A stretch of DNA of 48,925 nucleotides from assembly GCA_040182905.1 (NCBI GenBank), contig JARQWU010000048.1:1-48925 (forward strand), read 5' to 3'. A program made the translations under genes and the position numbers. The notes under the pieces were generated by a model, which saw only the letters and a program-made list of their open reading frames with translations, had not been told where the DNA came from and did not search any database. The stretch is from Barthelona sp. PAP020. Its lineage: Eukaryota. This document shows positions 41,265 through 48,925 of the stretch, piece by piece. Every line of letters begins with the position of its first letter. Position 1 is the stretch's first letter.

Positions 41265-44200
41265 ATGAATTTTGACAATCAACCTTCACCAAAGTCTGAA
41301 AAAGAATCGAAAAGCAATAATTCTGAAGAATATGAAACTGACGAAGATGAAGATGAATATGACGAAGACGAATATTATGATGAAGAAGAAGATATTGAAT
41401 ATCAAAATCTTGTTAGTGAAAACGAAGAAATGAAAGAGGAAATTTCAAGGCTCCAAAAGGTTTTTAAGGATGTTGAAAAACAAAATACAGTTCTTTCAGA
41501 AGAAAATTCAAGATTAAGTATTCGCCTTGAAAGAATTGATGATGAACGTAAAGCTCAAGCGTTGAGGCAAAAGAAAGAAATAAATGATTTACAATCTCAA
41601 AAGGAACGATTGATTCAAGAGAAGGAGTCATTAATGGGTAGGTTAACTTCTGCTGGTGACAGTGCGACTGAATTTAATCAAAAAGTGAGAAATCAAACTT
41701 CCACAATTTCAAATTTAGAAACTCAAGTAGACGCTTTGGAAGCACAAAATAAATTATTACGGAAATCCATAGGGGATGAAAGAAAGAGGTTTGATACTTT
41801 AGAGGTTGAAAAGAAATTCAATGAGAATCAATTGAATGAAGTGAACACCCTTTTGAAAAGTGTAAAAGCACAACTTTCACGTGCAACCAATAGAATAGCT
41901 GAGTTGGAAGAAAAGGAAGCAGCGTCTAATAGTAACAGATTAAAATTGCTGTCAGAACAAGATAAAATAGTCAAGTCTTTAAGAGAGGAAATTAATGATT
42001 TAAATAAAACAATAAATAAAAAGAAAGAACAAGAAATAATGCTTTTAAAGCGAATTGATGAATATCAAAGAAATTTTAAAGATGTGAAGGAAGGATTGGA
42101 TCAGATGTATTCTTTGAAACAATTAATTAGCAATCAGCAAAGTGAATTGATTGACCGAGAAGAGCAAATTGAAGAACTGATGGAAGAAGTTGAGCGATTA
42201 CGTTTGGAACCAACGGAAATCAATGATTTAATAATGAATCAACGAGAAGAACTAAGATTAAAGACGATTGATTATGAGATGGAACTTGATTCATGGAAAT
42301 TCAAATATGAAAGTTCTGAGTTAGCAAGAGATTCATTGCAAGAACAGTTACAAAAACGTGAAAGTGAATTAAATGCTTATGAAGTAAAGTTTAAGAAGTT
42401 AGCTAGTGGAAAAATTGAGATTGCTGATTTATTGCAAGAAATTGAAGAGAAAGACAATATAGTGGCAAATCGTGATCGTGAGATTCATATTCTACGTCAA
42501 CAGTTGAATGATTTTCAAAATAGATTGAGCATGATTGGAAAAGAGCTTTTATTATTAAGAAAACGAGCTCAAGATCATGGAATTAACATCAGTGACATTA
42601 AAGTTGACAATTTAGAAGATTTATTGGGTATAGAACAAAGGAATTTACTTGAACAGATTCGTTTTGAAAATATTGCGTTGGAAAAGGAAATTTCCTCATT
42701 AGAAGAAGAAAAGAGTCGTTACAGGCGTCGTGCAAGAGGATTATATGCTGCTGCACTTCAATTAGCAAAGCATACATCTTTTGTTGGGGAAGATTTACAA
42801 ACAATATTTGAAACTTTGGAAGTTTTGGGCACTTCTGACAATGATATTGAAACTTCAAAAGCTGGGGATGGAATTCATAATCTTTTAGCAAAGTTGGGGG
42901 AAAGTGATAAAAATGTTGATGTGTCTAATGTTTCTCAAATTGAAGTTATGTATTTATCACAACAAATGAAAGATAAGGATGTAGCTATAGACAGTTTAAA
43001 AGAAGAGTTAAAAGAGATGAAAACCTTGTTGAATGAAACACAAATTGATTTAGAAGAAAAAGTAATTTTGCTGAAAGAAACAAAACAAAGTAAAGAATAT
43101 GTATTGATTGAGAAATTAAAGGACTCTCCCTTTTTTGCTGATTTAAAGATCGATCCTGTCTCATTAATGTTTTTGGGGAAAAAATTGGTTGAAAGTTACG
43201 AAAATATTAATAAATTGAACGATTATTGTAAAAACTTGGAGGAAAAAGTCTTAAGCAGTTCAAAAGACAAGGAAAAATTAGTTAGTGAGATTATATTTTT
43301 GTCTTCAAAATTACATTCAAAGTTTTCAAATGAAATTTTTAACAGTTTGAAAAAAATTCAAGTTGAGATCAATTCAAATGAAGATGAACCACTGTTGAAG
43401 TTTGATTTTTATAATAATGATGTGGAAACTCAAAACGCTCGGATTAAACAGTTAGAGACTGATAACAAAGATTTGAGCCAATTGTTACATGATGAAAGAA
43501 TCGAAAAACAAAAGTTTAAAGAAATGTATTCAATCATTCATGAAAGTGTTGGTGACAATTCAATAGTAACGACATTAGCAGATATTAGAGGGAAAAATAT
43601 TGAATTAAAAGATTCATTGGAACAAAAGGAAATGGAACTTTTACATTACATGAAACTATCGAATGATTTAAACAAAAGTTTGAGGGAGGTTGAAATTTAT
43701 TTGAAAAGCAGATTGATTTATTATCAAACGCGCTCTGAGAAACTATTTGAAATGATTATTTTAGAGGATACAAATATTTTAAAACTTGATGAGATATGTA
43801 AAATAAAGGAAAAAAATTCAAAATTGGTTACGTTACAAATTCAAAATAATGAGATTATTAAGAGCTTACAAGAAGTAATCCGAAACTATGATGATGGAAA
43901 AATGAAAAAGAGAGGGCAAAATCATGAATTTTTAGCACAGATGAGTCTTGATAATGCGTTGAATAGAGCCAATTTATTGGCTGAGTTGAGTTCTTTAAAA
44001 AATACTTCACATCAACAATTTGTAGAGTTGAAGAGATTTTATTCGCTATTGTCCACGAATGGAACTCTTTCAAAAGATTTATTGAAGAAATTGAAAGCTT
44101 TAGGCAACAATGAAAGACCTGCAATATTGGACATTGCAGAAAATGCTTCTGAGCATTTAGCTAATTTTGTTGAAGCAAATGTTGAAAATCAAAGGTTAAA

Positions 44201-45419
44201 AGAAGATATTATTTCAAAAGACAAGTTGATTAAAGCTTTGAAGAATCAAAATATGGAAACCAAATTGGAACTTTCACAAATAAATTTAGAGCATCAAAAG
44301 TTAAAATCAGAAATGAGTCAAAGTACATTGATTAACAGTGTAATTCCTTATTCAACAATGGTTCACTCACAAGAGGATTATGAGAATAAAATTACTCGAT
44401 TAGTTGAAACAATTGAACGAAAAGATGGTGAGATTAATAGAAAGATATTGGCAATTGAAAGATATCAAGAATTGTTGAAGAAAGCGAGAGAAGATCAAGA
44501 AAAGCATGCCAAAACAGATTCAAAGATCAGGCAAGCGATGCTAAAACAATTAGATAAATATGAGAAACAACGAACTAAAGACCTGATTAAAACAAATGGT
44601 GAAATTGCCTTGAATGAAACGAACCAAATCATAATTCAATTAGAAAGTGAAAAGGCTGCATTATTGAGGGATAAACAAGTATATATAAACACTAATGAAA
44701 GTTTAGCAAATAAAATGAAAAAAATGAAACAAATAATGAAAGTTTTAAAAAGAGAAATTAGCATCAAGGAGCGAAAAGTATTAGAATTGGAGAATATCAA
44801 TCCAAATGAACAGCTGCAATTATTAAATGAAGAATTAAAGAGTGAATTGAGAAAATCAAAGTCATTAATCAGTAGTCTTCAAAAAGAATCAATAACAAGG
44901 GGAAATAGCATGAAATCAGTAGGTTTATCTCTTGCTGAGACTGAAATGAAATTGGCAACAATTACCGATGCGTTAAATCAAAAAACTGTTGAAATTGAAG
45001 AATTACAAAAGAGCAATGCTTATTTAAATAATTTGTTGACTGATATTAATCAACGTTTCAGTCGTGTTAGAGGTGAAAAAGAACTTTTAGAAAAGAAGTT
45101 AGCTGGTTCAAACGCCAATGTTTCTAATATGAATGTTAGTGAAACAATAGATGATGATCAGGAAAATTTAGCATTTTATGACAATAATGCCCTGAGGAAA
45201 TTCATCAATAAGTTGCGAAAGAAACTTAGAAGATCAGAACAGAATCGAATTCATTTAGGTGACAAATTGAATGATAAAGCAAATCAAATTATGGAATTGG
45301 AAAATAATATTGATGAATTGTTGAAAGAAGTTGGTTCATTGGAAGCAGAAAGAGATAATTTGCTAAGTAGAGTTCACAAATTAATTTCTTCAAAAGCTAA
45401 ACCTGTCATAAAGGAATAA
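41265..45419 (+). CDS. CEP290: CEP290-like long coiled-coil ciliary transition-zone protein, ~1384 aa
   Basis: Long coiled coil with blocks resembling CEP290 from memory: ASGKIEIADLLQEIEEKDNIVANRDREIHILRQQLN, IRFENIALEKEISSLEEEK and IERYQELLKKAREDQEK. Start at 41265 is preferred over 41187 because the extra residues look like T/A-rich leader. Confidence 0.65.
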   Translation: MNFDNQPSPKSEKESKSNNSEEYETDEDEDEYDEDEYYDEEEDIEYQNLVSENEEMKEEISRLQKVFKDVEKQNTVLSEENSRLSIRLERIDDERKAQALRQKKEINDLQSQKERLIQEKESLMGRLTSAGDSATEFNQKVRNQTSTISNLETQVDALEAQNKLLRKSIGDERKRFDTLEVEKKFNENQLNEVNTLLKSVKAQLSRATNRIAELEEKEAASNSNRLKLLSEQDKIVKSLREEINDLNKTINKKKEQEIMLLKRIDEYQRNFKDVKEGLDQMYSLKQLISNQQSELIDREEQIEELMEEVERLRLEPTEINDLIMNQREELRLKTIDYEMELDSWKFKYESSELARDSLQEQLQKRESELNAYEVKFKKLASGKIEIADLLQEIEEKDNIVANRDREIHILRQQLNDFQNRLSMIGKELLLLRKRAQDHGINISDIKVDNLEDLLGIEQRNLLEQIRFENIALEKEISSLEEEKSRYRRRARGLYAAALQLAKHTSFVGEDLQTIFETLEVLGTSDNDIETSKAGDGIHNLLAKLGESDKNVDVSNVSQIEVMYLSQQMKDKDVAIDSLKEELKEMKTLLNETQIDLEEKVILLKETKQSKEYVLIEKLKDSPFFADLKIDPVSLMFLGKKLVESYENINKLNDYCKNLEEKVLSSSKDKEKLVSEIIFLSSKLHSKFSNEIFNSLKKIQVEINSNEDEPLLKFDFYNNDVETQNARIKQLETDNKDLSQLLHDERIEKQKFKEMYSIIHESVGDNSIVTTLADIRGKNIELKDSLEQKEMELLHYMKLSNDLNKSLREVEIYLKSRLIYYQTRSEKLFEMIILEDTNILKLDEICKIKEKNSKLVTLQIQNNEIIKSLQEVIRNYDDGKMKKRGQNHEFLAQMSLDNALNRANLLAELSSLKNTSHQQFVELKRFYSLLSTNGTLSKDLLKKLKALGNNERPAILDIAENASEHLANFVEANVENQRLKEDIISKDKLIKALKNQNMETKLELSQINLEHQKLKSEMSQSTLINSVIPYSTMVHSQEDYENKITRLVETIERKDGEINRKILAIERYQELLKKAREDQEKHAKTDSKIRQAMLKQLDKYEKQRTKDLIKTNGEIALNETNQIIIQLESEKAALLRDKQVYINTNESLANKMKKMKQIMKVLKREISIKERKVLELENINPNEQLQLLNEELKSELRKSKSLISSLQKESITRGNSMKSVGLSLAETEMKLATITDALNQKTVEIEELQKSNAYLNNLLTDINQRFSRVRGEKELLEKKLAGSNANVSNMNVSETIDDDQENLAFYDNNALRKFINKLRKKLRRSEQNRIHLGDKLNDKANQIMELENNIDELLKEVGSLEAERDNLLSRVHKLISSKAKPVIKE

Positions 45420-46309
45420 TTGAATTGAAATGGAAAGTTCCAATCTGTAAGATAAAATTCAAAGTAGTCTATAAATTGTATTTTTTAAATAGTAAATGTT
45501 TAAATAAAATTTTCATATTTTTTTATTTCATTAGTTGTTCAAATAGAGGCTGAAATCAAACAGAAAAATGGAGGTTAAAGAATTTAATCTTTGTACAAAG
45601 TGGGTTCTGGTTTTTAAATTCTTTGAAATATGCAAATTGCTTTATTTTTGTGCACTTATCGAAACTCAAAGGTTAAGAACAAATGCATATTATTTTCTTT
45701 TATATCAGTGCATTAATAATTTCTTTTCACCAACTGAGAAAGCAAAAAAAAATAGAAATGCGTTTCTTTCAAGGCATCAGATTTATTGAGGAATATTCCC
45801 CATCAATCGTGAAAAATCAACCAAATGAAAATTAAATAATATAGCAAAGAAAACAAAAGACTTGGGAAGAGAAGAAATAAATGAATTTTCAAGGGTGTTG
45901 AATCCCAAACAAGTATTTTTCAGATCAATTCACAAATATTCTGAAAATAAACGATATAAAACAAACAAAACTATAAATAGTCGGCAATTAGGATTGGAGG
46001 TAAAGATTACAAATGAATACTCAAAAATTCAACATCACAAGATAAATTCAAAATCCTTTTACATGTATAAAGCTATTAAAATATAGTTTAACATTACAAA
46101 ATTATGCATGGAAATTCGAAAGAAGACAATTGATGATTTAAAAAATCATCATTATACAAGTACATTTCAACGCCAAAAGTTTCAAAACATTGATTGATTA
46201 ATGGTGCAACAATTGGTAAAGAGTTCATAAAAGTAAAATTAATCTTTATCAAATTTCTTTTTTTTCACAGATATTTGTTTCTAATAAGAATTTAACCTTT
46301 AGCAAGGTG

Positions 46310-48199
46310 ATGGTATTGAAATCAAAAGAAGAGGAAATTATATTTGAAGCCAGTTGGCGATTAATGGACAGAAATTGGATAGGTAACCCCGAATTATTTG
46401 CAAAGCGCATGAAATCCCTTAAATTACCTAATATTCGTGGAACAACTTTGAAAATAGTTGAACCTGAGTTTGCCAAGAATGGAAATGTTTTTTTTTCCAC
46501 TGCTGAAAAAGATGGAATTGTTCATGTGATCAAGTTCTTCAATGAAAAGCAAAAAAAACAGAAGTTTCTCAAAGAATGCATTCCAATGGCTCTCAATCAT
46601 CCTTGCATTCGTCAATTAAATGGGGTTACGGAAATCAAAGGGAAAAAGGGAATAGTAATGGAATATTGTGATACTGTTCTTGAACATGAAATACCCAACC
46701 TGCATTTGATGGATAAACTCACAATTTTGATGCAGATTGCTTCTACTCTGGACTATTGTCATGAATGTGGTGTTGTTCATGGCAAGCTACAACCCAAAAA
46801 TGTTTTTTTGAGGAAAAAAAATGGGAAATTGATTCCTGTTTTGAGTGATTTTGTCATGTTAAAGGATGCCAATAGTTCGTCAACATTATCTATGGTTGAT
46901 GCTACTGGTTATTTGGCTCCTGAGGTTTTAAAAAGTAACAATAAGAATAAAATTAATCGTAAAGCTGTCGATGTATGGGCATTTGCTGTAATGATGATAC
47001 ATGTGATGATAGAAGTTCCTCCTTTTAATGGGAGTGACAATCGTGAAATCTATGAAAGTTTGATGCAAGGTAAATTGCCTTATTCTGATGAGATAATTCA
47101 TTCAATTCCTGGTTATGGTATCGTAAAGCTGTGTTTTAACGTAGATTCCAGTAAACGACCTTGTTGTGAGATGATTGGTGATTATTTGAAGATGCTTATT
47201 GATACAGTGGTCGAAGAGACATCTAAAGAAGAAGTTGCAATAGATGTCGTTGATCCTTCTATTAAGCATAAAATGGACCAAATTGTTGTTCCAAATGGGT
47301 TTGATGTGGATGGATATGAGGATAATGGACTTCCAAAGAAGATTTATGGGGCTGCATGTTCAGGGAATTTAGATGTTGTCAAGCAATGTATTAAATCTGG
47401 TGTTGATGTGAACAAACAAGGAAAGGCAGGAAGGACATCGTTGTATGGCGCTGCTATGTGTGGATGTGTTGAAGTTGTTGAGTTCTTATTAGATTTTGGT
47501 GCGAAGGTTAATTTGTGTAAGAATACTGGAGCTTCTTCGTTGTATATTAGCTGTGAGAATGGTCATTTGGATGTTGTAAAAATGCTATTAGATCATGATT
47601 CTGATGTTAATATGTGTAGGAATGATGGTGTTACTCCATTGTTTATTTGTTCTGAGATTGGTTATCTTGATATTGCCAAAATGCTCTTGAATCATGGCGC
47701 GGATGTTAATTTATGTGTGAATCAGGGTGCTTCCCCATTGTATATAAGTTGTCAAAATGGTCTTTTTGATGTTGCTAGAATGCTTGTGGATTATGGGGCT
47801 GATGTAAACATGTGTATGAATGATGGTGCTTCTCCATTGTATGTTAGTTGTCAAAATGGTCATGTTGATATTGCTGAAATGCTTTTGGACCATGGCGTTG
47901 ATGTTAATTTGCGAATGAATGAAGATGCTTCTCCATTATTTATTAGTTGTCAAAAAGGTCATCTTAATGTTGCCAAAATGCTGTTGTATCATGGAGCTGA
48001 TGTTAATTTGTGCACGAAAAATAAATGTTCACCATTATACGTTTGTTGTCAAAATGGTCACATTGAAATTGCTAAACTTTTATTGATTCATGGAGCCAAC
48101 GTAAATCTTAAATTCAACAATAGTACGTTGCCAATTGATGTTGGCAGAATTGAGGGGCATTGCAAAATCGTTGAGATGCTTGAACCCTATTACAATTGA
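46310..48199 (+). CDS. Protein kinase-like (probable pseudokinase) domain fused to ankyrin repeats, ~629 aa
   Basis: Kinase motifs HVIK, LNHPCI, IVMEY, VVHGKLQPKNV, SDFV, GYLAPE, DVWAFA and KRP, followed by about nine ankyrin repeats. Confidence 0.88.
   Translation: MVLKSKEEEIIFEASWRLMDRNWIGNPELFAKRMKSLKLPNIRGTTLKIVEPEFAKNGNVFFSTAEKDGIVHVIKFFNEKQKKQKFLKECIPMALNHPCIRQLNGVTEIKGKKGIVMEYCDTVLEHEIPNLHLMDKLTILMQIASTLDYCHECGVVHGKLQPKNVFLRKKNGKLIPVLSDFVMLKDANSSSTLSMVDATGYLAPEVLKSNNKNKINRKAVDVWAFAVMMIHVMIEVPPFNGSDNREIYESLMQGKLPYSDEIIHSIPGYGIVKLCFNVDSSKRPCCEMIGDYLKMLIDTVVEETSKEEVAIDVVDPSIKHKMDQIVVPNGFDVDGYEDNGLPKKIYGAACSGNLDVVKQCIKSGVDVNKQGKAGRTSLYGAAMCGCVEVVEFLLDFGAKVNLCKNTGASSLYISCENGHLDVVKMLLDHDSDVNMCRNDGVTPLFICSEIGYLDIAKMLLNHGADVNLCVNQGASPLYISCQNGLFDVARMLVDYGADVNMCMNDGASPLYVSCQNGHVDIAEMLLDHGVDVNLRMNEDASPLFISCQKGHLNVAKMLLYHGADVNLCTKNKCSPLYVCCQNGHIEIAKLLLIHGANVNLKFNNSTLPIDVGRIEGHCKIVEMLEPYYN
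47336..48190 (+). repeat. Ankyrin repeat array (~9 x 33 aa, 99-bp period)
   Basis: Units such as SPLYISCQNGLFDVARMLVDYGADVNMCMNDGA. Similarity is also visible in the DNA (recurring gttgtcaaaatggtc and gatgttaattt). Confidence 0.92.
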
Positions 48200-48925
48200 T
48201 GACTATCTTTGCTTTCGATATCCTACATTCTTATTATATCTATTTGTTTTGATATGACTACAAACAATGAATATTTTTTTTTTCCATTCTATTCGACATT
48301 GTGCTGTTGGTTTGTGTTGTATAATCAAATATGAGAAATTCATCATGTTTTCAGTTCAAATGTACGTGTTATTGGCATAAATTTTGTGCAAATCAATTCT
48401 TTTTTTTTTTTTTTGTGGGGGGGGAATGGAAAATTTTTCCAAAATTTTCATATTTAATGACCAAGATTCAATTGTAGCCACTGATTTTCTGTGACTGTGA
48501 TTTAATGAAATGAGTTTTCTCTGATTGCTTTTTCTTTGTAAATAAAAAAAGTTGTTTCACAACTTAACCAATGCTTTTTTATTCACTCATACACACAGCG
48601 CTTTTTGGCATGGAAATGATTATTTTTATTTTGAAATGTGGGAGTTCATGCTCATTGAATGAAATTTATTGGATATATAAAGAGGTCATCAAATATCACT
48701 TCCGTTATTTGTAATTTCTTCACCACCTTTTGGTCCTATTTTTTGAGTTACAAAGGCATCTGAATCCATGTGAGTTTTTCCCGAACGTTAAGCTAACTCG
48801 TTTCGTTGTTTACTGAACAATCATAAATTGGTCCAGTTGTGAAACAACTATATTTATTTACAAAGAAAGTAAACTCAGAAAACTCATTCTAGCAAATTTC
48901 AGTCAAAATCCCAGGAGGGGAATTT

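Noticed and set aside
31897..44124. Short ORFs overlapping the channel, DAW1, PNP and CEP290-like genes, plus 37848-38170
   Set aside because: Shadows of well-supported genes or AT-rich intergenic noise.
45568..46086. ORFs of 73 and 74 aa between the CEP290-like and kinase genes, possibly a decayed gene
   Set aside because: No recognisable motif or consistent frame, so I cannot support a CDS or pseudogene call.
47336..48190. 99-bp periodic DNA as a CRISPR-like or satellite array
   Set aside because: Fully explained by in-frame ankyrin repeats.
48395..48450. Poly-T then poly-G run and the near-palindrome ggaaaatttttcc
   Set aside because: Short low-complexity features expected in AT-rich DNA. 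No partner repeat, telomeric array or element terminus was seen.

Overview
AT-rich, gene-dense, intron-poor eukaryotic DNA in the standard genetic code. DAW1/ODA16 and a CEP290-like gene point to a flagellated protist; a metamonad-like lineage is a weak inference. The left 30 kb is one uninterrupted minus-strand ORF that the ORF track omits because it runs off the window: ATG at 30032, at least 10,010 codons, an N-terminal signal peptide and beta-solenoid-like repeats. The right 19 kb holds a four-domain voltage-gated cation channel (filter E/E/E/D), DAW1 with one ~40-nt intron, a small Par3/HAL-N-terminal-like protein, a purine nucleoside phosphorylase made of three tandem PNP domains, a compact CEP290-like protein and a pseudokinase-ankyrin protein. 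The triple PNP looks like a single-chain pseudo-trimer with one complete active site. No rRNA, tRNA, CRISPR or mobile element was recognised. All family assignments come from motifs read by eye and no searches were run.
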